From an uncultured Bacteroidales bacterium (GTDB taxonomy: Bacteria > Bacteroidota > Bacteroidia > Bacteroidales > UBA7960), in NCBI GenBank assembly GCA_964349365.1, contig CAYGFY010000004.1, positions 24,115-88,114 of the forward strand: a DNA stretch of 64,000 nucleotides, written 5' to 3'. Below are positions 63,229 to 64,000 of this stretch, piece by piece. The position numbers and the translations under genes were made by a program. Under the pieces are notes generated by a model. The model searched no databases. It was not told where the DNA came from and saw nothing but the letters and a program-made list of their open reading frames with translations. Every line of letters begins with the position of its first letter. The first letter of the stretch is position 1.

Positions 63229-64000
63229 ATGATAACTTTAGAAAAAGCCGTAGAATTAGTTCTAAACAACGTGAGGGTAACCAAAAAGGAACGTGTTAGC
63301 CTAAACGATGCTCTTAACCGTGTTCTGGCCGAGGAGGTGTTTTCTGATGTAAATATGCCCCCTTTCAACAAGGCTGCCGTTGACGGGTATGCCTGCCGCA
63401 AGGAGGATACGGAGTATGAACTTGAAGTGTTGGAAACTGTTGCTGCCGGCCAACTCCCCACATTGCCCGTTGGCAAGAACCGGTGCACGAAAATAATGAC
63501 CGGTGCAATGGTACCCGAAGGGGCAGATGTAATACTAATGGTAGAATACACCCGCGAGACTTCAGATGGAAAGATAGTTTTTGAAGGAAAAAAAACCTCC
63601 GCAAACATTGCCAAAAAGGCCGAGGAGGTTAAGGAAGGTGAAAAGATTTTCGACAAGGGAGTATTGATCAAGCCACATCACATTCCTGTTTTGGCCTCGA
63701 TTGGATGCGCCAATCCACTTGTTTACTGCAAGCCAAGGGTGGCAATAATGTCAACCGGCGACGAACTTGTCGAGCCCGACCAAAAACCACCTTTCGGAAA
63801 AATTCGAAACAGCAACGGCTACCAGTTGGTTGCGCAGGTGAGTGCAATGGGCTGCACGCCCCATTACTTGGGAATTATTCCCGATGACCAAGCCCTGACC
63901 GACAAAGCCATTAGTTCGGCACTAAAACAATACGATATGGTAATCCTTACTGGTGGCGTGTCAATGGGTGAATTTGACTTCGTGCCAGCGATACTGAAAA
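63229..64000 (+). CDS. moeA: Molybdopterin molybdenumtransferase MoeA. Partial: it runs off the right window edge.
   Basis: Not in the ORF track because there is no stop codon in the window. My translation from ATG 63229 reads MITLEKAVELVLNNVRVTKKERVSLNDALNRVLAEEVFSDVNMPPFNKAAVDGYACRKED ... RCTKIMTGAMVPEGADVILMVEYT ... IRNSNGYQL ... VILTGGVSMGEFDF, which is the canonical MoeA sequence. Confidence 0.9.
   Translation, partial: MITLEKAVELVLNNVRVTKKERVSLNDALNRVLAEEVFSDVNMPPFNKAAVDGYACRKEDTEYELEVLETVAAGQLPTLPVGKNRCTKIMTGAMVPEGADVILMVEYTRETSDGKIVFEGKKTSANIAKKAEEVKEGEKIFDKGVLIKPHHIPVLASIGCANPLVYCKPRVAIMSTGDELVEPDQKPPFGKIRNSNGYQLVAQVSAMGCTPHYLGIIPDDQALTDKAISSALKQYDMVILTGGVSMGEFDFVPAILK

Overview
This is a 64 kb chromosomal segment from a member of the Bacteroidota. 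The assignment rests on a SusC/SusD pair, three proteins with C-terminal T9SS sorting domains, a Bacteroidetes-type sdhCAB operon and TAnnTTTG-like promoter boxes. About 46 protein genes are densely packed. I found no rRNA, tRNA, CRISPR array, integrase or transposase.

Gene content from left to right:
- 1-5.9 kb: a respiratory cluster with a Tat-exported 4Fe-4S protein, an NrfD-like membrane subunit, a membrane-anchored monoheme cytochrome c, an SCO copper chaperone and an A2-type heme-copper oxidase subunit I. The oxidase gene is partial and is missing from the ORF track.
- 6-31 kb: htpG, maeB, pepD, bcp, tsaC, pcm with a membrane spermidine-synthase-like protein, a TrmH methyltransferase, Moco genes (MOSC-MogA fusion, moaC), a YkfC-like C40 peptidase with an amidase, a decayed HD-phosphohydrolase pseudogene, wbqC-cysQ, and sdhCAB.
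- 31-44 kb: two M24B aminopeptidases, an RND efflux operon (MFP-RND-TolC), cysS, a patatin-like lipase and a DcyD-like enzyme.
- 44.9-62.2 kb: a roughly 17 kb single-strand operon. It contains a MurK-like kinase, MurQ, SusC, SusD, two surface lipoproteins, a T9SS GHL10 glycosidase-like protein, a PD40 propeller, a T9SS MurNAc-L-Ala amidase and a T9SS choice-of-anchor-J protein.
- 62.5-64 kb: a moeB-like gene and moeA (partial, also missing from the ORF track).

The most interesting candidate is the 17 kb operon, which I read as a peptidoglycan-foraging polysaccharide utilization locus. The second is the minimal NrfCD plus cytochrome c module linked to an A2 oxidase. All calls come from reading the translations by eye. 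No database search was run.
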